A stretch of DNA of 64,000 nt from Chiloscyllium plagiosum (Eukaryota): NCBI RefSeq assembly GCF_004010195.1, contig NW_025215326.1:18659-82658 (forward strand), in the 5' to 3' direction. The notes beneath the pieces are model-generated. The model worked only from the letters and a program-made list of their open reading frames with translations. It was not told where the DNA came from and ran no database searches. Position numbers and translations under genes: made by a program. Positions within the stretch are counted from its first letter, which is position 1; the number at the start of each line of letters is the position of its first letter. This document shows positions 23,140 to 36,514 of the stretch, piece after piece.

Positions 23140-24415
23140 TTTGATGATGCCACATTCCTGTGAGCTGCGTCTAACATGACCTCATTTTCCTCCAAAGCAG
23201 AAATCACCTGACTCTGGTGGCCAGGGCCTTCAGCTGTCACTGTCCCACCTCCCATGGTGTGGCTCTCAATCCGTCCCCTCCATCCCAGAACAATGATAGA
23301 TTCCTCCTTGTCCACACTTCCTCCTGCACTAGAATCCACATTCACATAATCATCTTACGCCATTTCCACCATCTCCAGCAGGACAGCACCATCAAACACA
23401 TCTTCCCCTCCCGCCCACTGTCAGTATTTGGCAGGGACCGTTCCCTCTCTGTCCCCTCCATCACCCCGAACACTTCCCCACTCCACCATGGCACCTTCAC
23501 ATGCAATTGCAGAAGCTACAACACTTGCTCATTCACCTCTTCCCTCCTCACTGTCCAAGGTACTAAACATACCTTCCAGGTGAAGCAGCATTTCACTTGT
23601 AAACTTTCAATCTGGCCTCCTATCATTGATGCTCACAATGAAGTCTCTCTATATTGGCGAAACCAAACAGAGATTGCCTTGAGGAACACTCCCACTCTGT
23701 CTGTGGAAATAACCTTGACCTTCTCATTGCTTCCCATTTCAATAAGCTACCTTGCTCTCATGCTAACATTTCGGCCCTGGGCTGCTGCAATGTTCCAAAG
23801 AAGCACAACCCAAGCTCAAGTAACAACTCACTTTACACTTTCGTACGTTACAGCCTGTAGGAGTTAATGTACAATTTCACAACTTCACAGTCTGACCCCA
23901 TTATAACTGTTCTCCAGTTTCCGTCCATTCTCCCTCCTGGCCTCCCTATGACTTTGTGTGGTTCACTCAATAGAGAGAACCCATTTTCCCCATTCACATT
24001 TTAATTATTAGGCTACTTCACATGATCTTCTCGTTCTTCACGACTAAAAGCATGTTTGTCTTTTGCCACACTCTCTTTTACTCGTCAACCCATTCCCCAC
24101 ATCGGTCAAGGGATTATGAAGTTCATTTTCCAATCCTTTTCAGTTCTGAAGAAGTGTCATACTGGACTTGAAACGCTAACGCTGTTTCTCTGTCTCTGCA
24201 GATGATGCCAGACCTGTTGAGTTTCTCTAGAAATGAATAGGCTCAGAACAAATTTTCAATTAAACAAATAACTGAAAATAAAATGCAAAAAGTGCTGGAG
24301 AAAATGGGAGCTTTGTAGAAGGGTCACTGGCCCTGAAAGATTAACTCTGCTTTCACTTCACGAGATGCTGCCAGACATGCTGAGTTTCGTCAGCAATTTC
24401 TGTTTTTGAACAGGT
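23140..24415 (+). mobile_element. Penelope-like retroelement, 5'-truncated (RT C-terminus, GIY-YIG region, 3' tail)
   Basis: ORF 23217-23867: ILRHFHHLQQDSTIKHIFP..F.RDRSL..HGTFTCNCRSYNTC..FQVKQHFTC, then a frameshifted LYIGET (ctctatattggcgaaacc); CTGAAGA..GAAACG at 24146-24175. Confidence 0.85.
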
Positions 24416-24899
24416 TCCATAGACGTGTGTTAAAGCTGCTCATACGCCTTGTCTAACATGGAACGCCGTGCACTGAGAAGTGACCGATAATGCAAGGTGC
24501 ACAAATTCTTTGATCTGAAACTGCATAAAGCTGGCATCACTGACACTGCAGAGCTCTTAATCATGGTCAGGGAGAGAAAAAGAAGGGAACACATTCACAT
24601 CAAACACAGAAGATGGCATTGAGGGAATAGAAGAGATTCAGATGCATATTATAAGGGGTTTGAGTAAAGTCACAAATTGGAGGCGTGACACCGGGTAGAG
24701 ACCCTTAGCAGAATGAGAAAAGGAAAATGGAAGTGTTACCACATCAGAAACTAGTTTAAGACACTGAGTACCCGGCTGATGGATGAATGGGTCTTGGTGT
24801 GAACTGGGGGACGTCAGTAGAATTGAATTGAACGTATTGGAGCTCAAAATGGGGATTCATGTGGTGCGGTAGAATCGCAGCAGCAGCAGAATTGTATTC

Positions 24900-25700
24900 A
24901 ACTACAATCTGTAACATTTTCCGCAGGATAATCGCTCAGCCTACCATTAACATCAAGCTGATCTATGGCTCAGCGACGAATGCGGGAGAACATGGTAGGT
25001 TCAGAACCATGTGTACCTAAACCTGATGACAAACCATTAAAGCTACCGCACTTGACTGGTTACATTCGAAACAGCAGGACTAACATCTGATACAGAGAGT
25101 GAAATGATGCCAAGATTAACAGATCAGATCGAAGATCTGCAGTGTTGCCACATCCAGACATAAATGTCGATGGACTATTAAACAATTAACTGGAGGAGAG
25201 GACTCTATAAATGTCGCCATCCTAAATCACGGGACAGCCCTGTAAACAGTGTAAAAGACATGGTTGTATTATCTGCACCGTCCTCAGCCAAAAGTGTTGA
25301 GTCGATGTTCCACCTCACCCTAGCCATGCTGCACGCAGAATCATAGATGCCAGTCTTTAATTGATCTGATTTGTTGTATGTGATATGAAGAAACAGCTGA
25401 GCACAGTAGATAAGACAAAGGCAATGGGCCCTGACACCATTCCTGCAATAGTACTGAAGACTTGTGCTGCACAGCAAGTCGTGTCCCTGGGGAAGCTGTT
25501 TTATTCCAGCTCCCACTCTGACACCTCCCTGTCAATGTGGAAAATTACTCAGCTATGTCCAATCCCATAACAAGAAAATAACTGCAGTCTGACCATTTAC
25601 CACGCGCTGAGTCCCGTGGAGATAGTCACATTGGTGGGAGTTATTTTTGACAGAGCTGTCAAGCAACGCAGAAATAACCTGCTCAGTGTGGGTTCAGATA
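24900..25700 (+). mobile_element. L2/CR1-group LINE ORF2 fragment (start of RT)
   Basis: KKQLSTVDKTKAMGPDTIPAIVLKTCA..LGKLF..MWKITQLCP (25385-25570) matches the K..GPD.IP..WK.A...P motif of non-LTR RTs. Confidence 0.75.
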
Positions 25701-25990
25701 GCTCCCCATGTGGAGATAGTGCAGTTGTTGAAATGTCACTGGATTAATCCAGTCCAGGCTAATGCTCTGGCAGCTGGTGGACGTTATAATTAATAAAATA
25801 TTGAGATGTAAAACCTGGAGTCATTGGAAACACCAATTTCCTTCCTCAATGTACTTTCAGGAAGTGAATCTCCCGTGCTTTCCTGGTCTGGCCTAAACAT
25901 GACTCCAGTCACACAGAGATATGAGAAACTCTTCAATGGTCTCGGAAAGAGCCAAGCAAGACACTCTAAAGCATCAGAGTGTTCTGGGGT
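25700..25990 (+). mobile_element. Old SINE-like interspersed repeat
   Basis: aatgtcactgga..ggctaatgctctgg..cctggtctggcctaaacatgactccag; related to the reverse complement of 7760-8110. Confidence 0.45.
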
Positions 25991-26327
25991 CTTAAAGGAA
26001 AAAAACGTACAGTTCACCCGGCACCAGCCTCAGTATTGGAACGGGAAATACTACCGTGTTGACCCTGCAGAGACCTTCTTCCTAACATCTCAGAGCAGGT
26101 GGCAACATTTACAGAGCTTTCCCACAGACTGCACAGAAACATCGGGAAAGGAGTAGGTCATTAAACACACTGAGCATCCTCCATTCTAGTTCATGGTGAA
26201 AATCTCCTCAATTCAGTTTTCCCCACACAGTGTTCATATCCTTTAGTATGTTTAAACATCGGAACATATAAAATAGGAACTACTGCATTTGCTTTGATCC
26301 ATCAATTTTGATCCTCCATTCAATATA

Positions 26328-27081
26328 CAGGCAGTTATCCAATAAAGGTGTGTTTATTAAACGCAATTTCGCTGCAACACAATTAGTGAATTGCGCCCCT
26401 TTCTTTATAAAGCGAGCTCCCGTTCACTGTTATGGGAGACCATCTCTGGCACCAGCTGAACAGCAAGTCTGTTCAGGATACCTCTGTCTGCCAAATGTAC
26501 CATCAGTATGTTCACCTAAAGCAGGAATGTAATCCGCTCTGCAAGCCTTGAAACTGAGCCTGAAAGTGGGATTTGTAGTCTACATTTAGAAGCAAATTAA
26601 TTTCAAACCAGGAGGGGAATATCTTGGAGAGAGCTGGAATTCTGCATCGGCATCACGTGGTCAGTCAGCTCGCGCGCTTTCTGAAGAAGATCTTGGTGAA
26701 AGGTGCAGGGCTGTAGTCAGTGACTGTAGTGTTAAAGTGTGACATTTACTGTATTAATTCATTACAATATACGGTTTAAAGATTTATGCAGCCTCGGTTT
26801 GGATAGAATGGATGAGGGTTGCTGGGGGATGGACTATAAATCTTTTAATCTTTTTTATCTGTCTTCCCTGTATGTGGGAGTATTGTCGGAACACTGCACT
26901 GCTGTATATGTTTCACCCTGTTTATATAAGGAGGCGGGAATAAAATAACAGACGGGCTGCATAAAATGTTTGTTGGAGAAGTTTGTGGATACCTTTGTCT
27001 AATGCTGCTCCAAGTTTGAAATTCCCTGTTATCAAGTCCTTTCTTAACCTAATGACATCATTCAGAGCATTCAAACTGCTG
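26328..27081. mobile_element. Possible decayed pogo/Tigger-like MITE
   Basis: Begins TA|CAGGCAGTT and ends at an imperfect inverted AACTGCTG; no transposase ORF. Confidence 0.3.
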
Positions 27082-27084
27082 CTC

Positions 27085-27350
27085 AGGAACAGAGAGAAAC
27101 AGAAGGTAATCACTCAACTGCTCGATTCTGGGACTTAGGGACAGGAGACAGTCGTTCAACTGTTCGAGATTGGGACACAGGAACAGGAGGTAGTCACTCA
27201 ACTGCTCAACACTGGGACACAGGAACAGGAGGCAGTCACTCAACTGCTCGCGACTGGGATACAGCGAAACATGGAGGCTAGTGAGGCCCCAGATTTCTGT
27301 TCCCCAGGAACAGGAGGCGGTGACTCACTACCCACCAGTCTGGGACCCTG
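27085..27350 (+). repeat. 42-bp minisatellite (~6 copies)
   Basis: Unit GGAACAGGAGGCAGTCACTCAACTGCTCGAGACTGGGACACA; copies start at 27180 and 27222. Confidence 0.9.
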
Positions 27351-28104
27351 GGAGAAAAGGGAAATCGGCTTGTTACTAACAGAAATATCTGAATAAGTTG
27401 CATGAGCGAGCCATTCAATCCTGCTCCAACATTCTTCAAAACCATGACTGATCTGATTGCAATTCCCTCATTCCATTTTACAGAGATTCTCCTCTCTATA
27501 GCCTCTGCTCCATTTGTTGGTCATGTTACAGATCCAGATGCTGTAACTACAGTCACCATGTTTCATCCAGAGTTGGGTCACCAAAGCCTCTGGTCTTCCT
27601 GAATTTCCACAGCAGTTTAAAACACAGCCTCCAGGAAACCATCCCCAGCACTTCCACGAATGTACAAAAACTAGAGTTAAGTCAAATGTCAGTGAAATGC
27701 AAGTGAGAAGCCTGGTCTGAATCACTAACAGTTGTGGGGATTCCTCATGTTACGGAGCACATGAGCAGCAGAGAGTGATTAACACAGGCGTTCAAGGATA
27801 GGCACAGAGCAAGTTACAAAGGTGTGCCTCAAAACTGCTAAAACCCCACTCTCCAACATGGAGCACAGGGCAGGACACTGGGACACACACAGAGACAACA
27901 CATGCACACAGACCCACACAGACACACAGACACATTAGCATCTTTAGGATATAACTAGATAAGTTATGCTTAATGATGGGATCAAGGCTTGTTGTGAGAA
28001 AGCAGAAGAATTGGCTTGAAAAGCATGTCAGCCATGATCAATAGCTCAGTAGACTGGATGGGCGAAATGGCCTTTTATTCTGCTCTAATTATTTACGGTC
28101 TACG

Positions 28105-28230
28105 GTACATGCATTTGTCTGCGTATGTGCGCATACTTGTATGTGCATGTGTCTGTGTGTGTGACCATGTTTTTGTGTGTTTGAGTGTGCTTGTCTGTGT
28201 ATGCATCTGTGTGTGTCTGTGTATGTTTGT
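28105..28230. repeat. Degenerate (TG)n tract; degenerate (CA)n at 27880-27935
   Basis: gtgtgtctgtgtatg-type low complexity. Confidence 0.85.
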
Positions 28231-28499
28231 GCTCCTCAGTATTTTCAGAAACGGAAATATCAATGTACATTTTATTAAAATGTCTATTCTGTTTGACATT
28301 CACCTTTCCATCATAGTTTGAGGAATTTTGATTTCGTCATGAATTTGTTATTTTAACAAATGAAGGAAATCAACCTGACCTCTTCGGAGGATGACCCTGA
28401 CCCAATGTGAGACCTATAACATTGGCCATACCATCAGCCTGGTTACAGCGATAATTTGTTGTTACCAATGGAAGAGTGGCTGTAGAAAATAAAACAGTT

Positions 28500-29090
28500 A
28501 CCCAACAACCCAAGGAACTCTGGACCAGTGAGCCTGACATCAGTGGTGGGTGAGTTGTTGGAGGGGATTCTGAGGGATAGCCAATTGCATGCATTTTCAA
28601 AGGCAAGAATTGATTGGGGATAATCACTATGGTTTTTTGCATGAGAAATCGCGTTGTACGAATTTGACTGAGTTTGTTAAAAAGGTGACAAAGCAGATTG
28701 ATGAAGGCAGTGTTGTAGATGGTTTCCATACAAACTGGAACAAGTTGTTTGACAAGATTCTGCATATTAGGCAAGTTAGTAAGGTTAAGTCACATGGGAA
28801 TCAGCGCATCCAAACCAATTGAATACAAAATTAGATTGAAAGGAGGAACAGAGGTTTGTAGAGGATTGCTTTTCAGACTGGAGGCCTGTTTTAAGGTACG
28901 AGGGGAAATATTTTAGAGGGAGGTGTCCATATGGAATTATCTCCCAGAGGACGTGGTGGAGTCTGGCATCTTGATGGGTATTTGAATAAGGAGGTTTAGA
29001 CGAATGAGACAAATGCTCTCAAATCATACTCGAACAAAATGGGATGTCTGGTCAGCACTTACACATTTGCATGCTTTATGACTCTATAAG
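28500..29090 (+). mobile_element. CR1 fragment with internal deletion (paralog of 2100-3420)
   Basis: HYGFLHEKSRCTNLTEFVKKVTKQIDEG..KLFDKILH (28589-28822), then jumps to the 3' end near 28890. Confidence 0.8.
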
Positions 29091-30739
29091 AGGGATTGAG
29101 CAGAAATTCTAAACAGGCATTTCAAGTGGGAATTCTCATCCCCACAAGTTTGAGATATCTCTTTGTTTATATTTATTCAACGCTGAGTTAGTTAAATATT
29201 GGACAGAGAAGTGATTCTTGGATAATAGCACACAGACAGGAAAGTGGAGCTGAGACCACAACTTGATCAGCCACAATCTTAGTCCCTGGTAGAGAAGGCT
29301 CAAAGTGTCCAATGACCCACTCCTTCTCCTCAGTCCCATGTTTCTGTGTTCCATTCAGCCCATCAAACCAACTAGACGGAGCAATTAGAGGCTACTTACT
29401 CCTTTCACAGAAACAGAGGAGACCATTCAGCCGCTCAAAACTGTCAAACCCAGTTTGGACTGTTTGGAAAGTGTAAGAGGAAATCCCAGGCAGTGGTATG
29501 AAAGAGGGTCCTCATTACTCCTAACTGAGCTTCCCCTTTCTGCAACCTGTGCTTCGTTTGTTGGTCAAGTTGTGGACCCAGTTTCACTGTGAATACAGCC
29601 CCCATTCCTCACCCTGCGATGGTCCAGACAATCTGGTAATACTCAACAACAGAGCTTCCAGGAAAATAACAGCCTCTACTTTCCAATAATAGAACGTGAG
29701 AAGCCCACAAACAGGGATATGTCATTCATCCACACGCCACCCACCCCCGTTCCCCCAACGCCCCCATCCACCCACAAGCAGGTCTTCTCCCACAATAAGA
29801 TCATAAGGTCTAATATCCTCTTTCGCGTCCAATTCGTGTCAGAGCCCTCAACTCTGACTGGTCAAAAAGCACTCCCTGCCCAGCACTGTGGCCTATTGAT
29901 ATGAGCAAAAGACATGAACACAAGGGCTCAGGGAAGAGTGACTGGCCCTGACATCAAGGCATCATTTAACTAAGGACGTTCCCAAGGAATCTGAGCAGGA
30001 TTGAACTTAATGGGAATGAGTTGTAAACATCCCTGGTTAGAGTGAGTTAAAGCATAAAGCACAATGATTGTGGTTTGTGGACAAATACCCATGCAGTCCT
30101 GGACATGTCTGCAAAAGATCCTCAAGGTAGCTTCCTCAGCACAAAAATCTTCAGGTGCTTCATAAATGTTTTGCCCACACCATAAGATTAGAAGTGGGGG
30201 TGTTCACTGAAGATCATACAATATTTAGGAAAAAAATGTCCCCTTCAGCTCCTGAACTAGTCTGTGTCCACGTGCAGCAAGTCCAGAACAACATTCAGGC
30301 TTGTGCTGTTGGAAGTATCAGTAACATTCATGCAACAGTGCTGCTGGACACTGCACATTTCCACAGTTAAAAGGGGGAAATTATTCAGCTCCTCACGGTA
30401 GCTTCACAGGAATATGAGGAAGTCATTCAGCTCAACGACATTATTGGAGAAGTGTAGAGATAGCCCATTTAATGCCTCCAAACAAATAATACAGGAAGAG
30501 AAGGGGTCACGTGTTATGGACGACAGCAGAGTTCCTCAAAAATATTTGAAGGCGTTGGCCTAGACTCTATTAATAATTAAGTGTTCTGATACATGTACTT
30601 GGCAAAAAGGAAAGATCAGACACAGATTATCAGATGCAGTTCTTCAATCGAGGAGGGAAAACAAATCAAGTGAAAATTTAGAGACAGTTGCAGCCTGGAG
30701 ACGTCCACTGAAGCTTCCAACTCTGTGGAGAACCCAATC

Positions 30740-31640
30740 GTTTCTGATGTTACTGAGAACCAAAACACTTCCTGTAATGTGGTTGCCAGAACTGCACACA
30801 GTATTCTATCTATGGCCTAAACAATGGCATGTTTAACTCATATTATGTCGCCTCGATGAGTAAACACTATGCCTACAGTCCCGTGTGATTTCTTAACTGG
30901 CTATTACACTGTCCAATCACATTCATGGATGTGTGGAGAAACATCCTCTCACGTCACTAGTGTTCTGATATTCATTAGAATTCTCCCCTGTCTGGCTCCT
31001 TCTTACAAGGTACATCACCTCGTATTTATCAGGGTTCCATTCCATCTGCCATTGATCTGACCATTTGACCATTCCACCTGTATTTTGCTATAACATAAGG
31101 CCTTCATCCTCACTGCCAACCACGTGGCCAATCTTTGTGTCAAACACAAAATTACTTATTATGCTCAGCCCCCACCCCCAACCACCCCCTCCACATTTAC
31201 ATTTCCATCATTTATGTATACCACAAATAATACAACTGCACTGCTCGCTGTGGTACACCACGAGACACTGATGTATCTCTACCAACTTTCCAGTAACTTG
31301 GGGCCACATAGCTATTCTCCAGTCCTCTAGCACCTCCCTTTTGTGGTCAGATTCGACTAAAACATTTAGGTCAGGACATTTCTTCTCTTGTCTCCAACAG
31401 CATCCTGCGATACACCTCACCTGTACTTTACATTATCCAAAACCATCAATCCCAACTTGCATCTTATATCAATTTGTTCGAGAGCTTCCCAGTCCATCTT
31501 CTTGAATTCTGTACCTGCATCTTCCTTCTCCCAACTAAAACAGATGTGATGCTCTCGTGTCACAGTTTATCAATGTTCCCCAGTTTCACATACTGATTAC
31601 CCCCTTGGTTTCGAAATGGATCCTAATTTTTCCCTGGTTA
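30740..31640 (-). mobile_element. Ancient decayed CR1 fragments
   Basis: ccagaactgcacacagtattc (reverse of EYCVQFW), ccatctgcca (WQM), ccaatctttgtgtc (DTKIG). Confidence 0.6.
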
Positions 31641-34600
31641 TTCAGCAATGGAGGAGACCTGAACCATGTTGGAACTGATCACAGCCAAGCTGCAGAAGCA
31701 TGACCAGGAGATCCAGCGTCTCGGGCCACATGTCGTGGAGGTGGAAGAGTGGACTACGGCTTTGGAAACCATGGCAGAATCCTCGGCGGGTCGGGTCCAA
31801 GCCCTAGAATGGTAGGTGCAGGCCTTAGTAGAGCAGGTTGAGGACCTCGAACATTGGAGCCGTCAGAATAACATCAGCTTGGTCGGGCTGCCGGAACGGG
31901 AACAAGAAAGCCAGCTCGTCAGCTTCTTGGAACAATGGCTCACACAATTTTTGAAACTGTAAGTCAGGGCAGACTGGGTGCGTGTTGAGTGGGCCCACCG
32001 GGTCGCAGTGTGCAGGCCCGGATCGGACCAGCATCCCTGTCCGGTCCTTGTGTAACTCCAGCACGGTAGACAAAAACAGGTGCTGGAAACTTCTTGAGCC
32101 TTGGGGCACGTCGTACAATTAAGGGGAGACTTTAACTGACGTATGCACCCCGAGGTGGATAGGATGTCGAGGGGTATCAGAGGTATTTCCCCGCCACCCA
32201 GGCAGCTAGTGGACCTGAACAGGTGGCTGGGTTGGTGGATGTGTGAGATGTCTTCACCCTGAAGATAGGGATTTCACCTTTTTTTCTAACACACATAAAG
32301 GCTATACTAGGATTGACATGTTGTTTGCCCCATTGATCTTTTTAAATTCGATCCTGTCCTTTAGAATTGGGAACCATTTCTGATCATGTGGCAGTGTACA
32401 TGGAGGTCAAGGATGGTGGCGATGGGACAGGCTCACTGCACTGGCACGTGGATCCTTTCCTCCTGAAGGATAGCAAATTCATTGAGTAGTTTATGGGGGA
32501 ATTTAATTTTGTTTGGAACAAGACCTTGTGCACGACCAGTAATCCGACGGTGCTCTGGAAGACTGCCAAAGCCTATACAAGGGATTTGATTATTTCTTAC
32601 TTGGTGATTCAGAAGCGGCAGAAGGGAGAACAGCAGCGTATGCTTGAGGCTCGGGTGAAGAGAGCTGACACACCATATTTTGTCCGACCGTCTATAACTG
32701 AATTGCAGCCCTCCGGACTGCTCTGAATGCTGCACTCGCCCAGAGAGCAAAGAGAGAGATTTCCTTTGCGAAACAGAAGGTATTCGAGCATGGTGATAAC
32801 CAGGTAGATACGAGGCATACTTGGCCAGAAAGAAGATTGCTGCTATTATCACCCGAGATCCCAAAAAGATTAATGCAGCATTCAGGAAGTTCTACTCTGT
32901 GTTGTTCCAGTCAGCGGGCTGGGAGGATTGATTGGCAACGATGGAGTTCTTTGTTAAGGACTTGGACCTCCCAGGTGTAAGTTCAGAGCAGGCGTCTCTT
33001 TAGATTGTCCCTCTCATAATCAGAGAGATAGAGGAGACAATGGGGCAGCTCCAGAGTGGTAAAGCCCCCGGCCCAGATGGACTTTCAGAGTGAGATTTAG
33101 AAGGAGTTCATAGACATGCTGGCTGGGCCAGTGTTGGATATGTACAATTATTCCTACAGTCAGGACTGCCTCCCATCCTATTTGAGAGAAGGAAATATTC
33201 ATCTTATTCTCAAGAGAGGGAAAGTCCCAGAGGATTGCACTTTGTATGTGCCTGTTCATTATTAAACGTGGACTTCAAAATTTTGTCGAAAATGCTGGCT
33301 TTGAAGGTCCATTGTGAAAGAGGACCATTTTTATTAGGGGCCGTAGGTCCTCTGACAATATTCGAAGAGTGCTAAATATGGTTCCAATCTGCCAGCAAGG
33401 CTCGATTCCAGGCTCGGTAGTCTCCCTGGATGTAGAGAAAGCATTTGACCGGATGGAGTAGATCTGCACCTTTCATGTCCTTGAATGGTTTGGTCTTGGA
33501 GGGGTCTTCGCCAGGTGGGTGGCAGTGTTATATAGTGACCTGAAAGCAACGGATTTCACTAATGGTATAAGATCTGACAATTTTAGTATTGACAGTGGCA
33601 GCCAGCAAAGTTGCCCCCTTTCACTGTTATCATTTACATTAATTATTGAGCCGTTGGCATCCGGGGGGACGCCAATATCACTGGCAAGGAGGTAGGACCA
33701 GGAAGGAATAAGATCACCCTTTAAGCAGATGGCGTTCCTCTCTTTCTAACTAACCCTATGATATCTGTGTCCTGTTTAATACGAATGATGAATTTATTTG
33801 TAAATTTCTCAGGGTATAAAATCAATTTTATGAAATCGGAGGCCATCCTTGTTGGGGGTCTTATTGGATTACGTGACCTTGGGGTGGAATCTGATTCCCT
33901 TCCAGATGGTCACAAGGAGGTTTATGTATTTTTATCATCCAAGCCTTCGATTAATTATATAAAGCTAACATCGTGCAGTTGCTAGAGAATATAAGACAGA
34001 ATCATCCAATATTCTGTTTGGGTTAGCTCTTGTTAAAATGAATGTCCTACTTTGTTTATGATACCCCATGCCAATTCCCCCTTTGACGCTGCCGAGGCAG
34101 GCGCTACGGAGGATTAACAGTTGGCTTTGAACTTTCATCTGGCGTCACAGATGGCCTCTTATTAACCTGGACAAATTGCAGCTTCCACAGTGAATGGGGG
34201 CGTGTAGATTTTCCTAGTTTAAGAAATACGAACCAAGTTCCTTGCTTTCCGATGTGGCTAATTGGACTTGTCAGGACCCATGGACAATTTGGCTGGACAT
34301 CGAGGCCTTCTAGGCAAATTGTCCCCTCATTAATCTGTTGTTCATGGACAAGATGAGGACTGTTATGGAGAATTGCAGACACCGATTGTCCCTAACACAG
34401 TGAAAGCATGGAGAATGGTGGGACAAGTTGAGGGCACTTTACAAAACAAAAACTTCGGCTTTCACTCCCATTGTAGGATTGGTAGGATTCCAGCGGGATT
34501 TATGGATGCCGGCTTTAGGCTCTGGGAGTCCAGATGAGTTTGCTGTTTGGGAGAATTTTTTGACTGGGAGGTCATGATGAATTTTGAGCAGCTGAGCCAG

Positions 34601-34790
34601 GAATATGAGGTATCTGGGAGGTACCTCTTTTGTTACTTTCAGCTTCAGGACTTGATACAGAAAAAAGACTATATTAATGGTTCATCTCTGTAAGTCAGAT
34701 ATGGAGAAGAGAGTGCTTCAGAGTACGGGCACTCTCTCGTTCAGCGTCTTCTGTCATTTATTAGGAGGTAGTGTCTCAAAGGACATTAAC
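31640..34790 (+). mobile_element. Decayed L1-clade LINE (ORF1 fragment, APE endonuclease, RT)
   Basis: ORF1 EDLEHWSRQNNISLVGLPE (~31840). Endonuclease GDFN (~32125), FTFFSNTHKGYTRID, SDH. RT GKAPGPDG (33058), LLNVDFKILSKMLA, SLDVEKAFDR, QQSCPLS, and L*ADG at the YADD position (~33720). Internal deletion between ORF1 and endonuclease near 32110. Confidence 0.92.
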
Positions 34791-35470
34791 CCTGTTACAA
34801 CAGCACAGGAAGAGGCTATTCAGACCCTGGAGCCTGATATACAGTTACGGGAGGAGGCTTGTCAGCTCCTCGAGTCGATAACACTGGGCCCAGATTAGGC
34901 ATGCAGCACCAGTATCCTGTTATGCAGCAATAGGATCAGTCTATTGAGCTTCCTCAAGTCTGTAACATAGGAACTGGAAGAGGGACTGGAGATTGGTGCA
35001 TTGGGATACCAGGAGGATATTCAATCCCATCGAGCCTGTTGCACGGGAATTGGAGAAGGATGCAACCTATAAGATTTCTTATGGGAAAGGAGAAAGATGT
35101 TTACCTCACGTGTCTCGTGTATGGGAACAGAAGAAGGCCAATAATTCCCTCAGTCCTATATCAGGGATGCAGGAGAGACCGTTCAGTATCTCCAGCCTGT
35201 GATGGAGGAATAGGATAAGGTGTTTTCAGCCCCTCAAACTGTTACACAGCAACAGGAAGGTTGCGTAAGCCCTCACGACTCTTACGCATCAACAGGAGGA
35301 GGAAAGGCAGACCATCGAGACTGTGATGTGGAACACCAGAAAGACATCAGCCCACCGATTTTGTGCACAAGGAAGAGAATGAGTCCATTCAGCGACTCAG
35401 ACCTCTTACAGAGCAATCAGAGCAGGTCATTTCACGCCATGAGCCAATTACACAGGATTGGAGCAAACAA
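34790..35470 (+). repeat. Highly degenerate 42-bp minisatellite
   Basis: Consecutive units acaggaagaggctattcagaccctggagcctgatatacagtt / acgggaggaggcttgtcagctcctcgagtcgataacactggg; approximate consensus GGAACAGGAGGAGGCCATTCAGCCCCTCGAGCCTGTTACACA. Confidence 0.7.
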
Positions 35471-35559
35471 AGAGATTATAGAGCAGTAAGAATTTAGAAT
35501 TATCACCTTCACGGTGGAATATATTAGTTTGAAAACTGTTCAAATTTACGAAATATTGG

Positions 35560-36508
35560 TAAAGTCCATTATTCAGGAATTAATGACAAGAAATTTGTAA
35601 AGTCAAACCACAATCCATCAGAATCAATATGATTTCGATCATGGGGATCGAGAGATGAAATATTTGGACTTCCAGAAGGCATTGAATAGCTCTGCACAAA
35701 TGATTAATCGGCAGAATAAGATCGTTTATGGGTAAAAGTAATTTATAAACTTGGTACAGGATTAGTGAAGCTACAAAATGCAGTGAGATGGAAAAATATG
35801 GGTAATTTTGTGTTGGCAAAATTCAACTTTTAGGAAACCATGTGTCTTGGTCCACATGCCCCACCTATTTACAATCTATAGTCTTAAGTATTTGAGAGGA
35901 TAGAACATGTTATAACCAATTAACAGATGACACTAACTCAGGTGAGAAATTGCAATGAAGATGCAAGAAGTTAGGAAATGTATATGGATAGGTTGGGGGC
36001 AACATTTGACAGAAGAAACTGAACAACGAAAAGTATGAGTGTATCTGTTTGGATCAATGTAGCAGAAAGGCAAATTATTATCCAAATGGAGAGACACTTC
36101 AGAATGATTAGGTGCAGAGGGATCTGGCTGCCCGCATCCAAACTAGAGAATACTCAGATGTTGGTACAGCAGATAATAAGAAAGGCAAGTGCAACTTTGG
36201 CATTTATTTCTAAAAAAGTGGATTATAAAGGGAGGGAGGTGTGAGATCGCAACTGAGTACTGTGTGCAGTCTTGGTGTCCTGACTGTAGGAGGGATGTAT
36301 TTGCCATGGAGGCAGTTTAGAAGTGGTTTACTCGATTTACTCTAGATATGTGGAGATTGTCCTCTGAAGAGAGATTGAGCAGTTCAGGCCAATACTGCCT
36401 GGAGTACAGAAAAATGAGAGGAGATTTCGGAGGTCTGGACGATGTTAAAGGTGACTTACAATTTAGATGTGAAGTTAATATTTCCTCATGTGGGACAATC
36501 TCGAACGA
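35560..36508 (+). mobile_element. Old CR1 RT fragment, cut off at the satellite boundary
   Basis: ttggacttccagaaggcatt (LDFQKAF), gcagatgacactaa-like DDT motif, ctgagtactgtgtgcagtcttgg (EYCVQ.W). Confidence 0.75.
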
Positions 36509-36514
36509 TCCGAA

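Noticed and set aside
11200..28200. Second (7TM) exon of either GPCR copy
   Set aside because: No long hydrophobic ORF and no DRY- or NPxxY-like remnant found by eye; a very decayed copy cannot be excluded without tblastn
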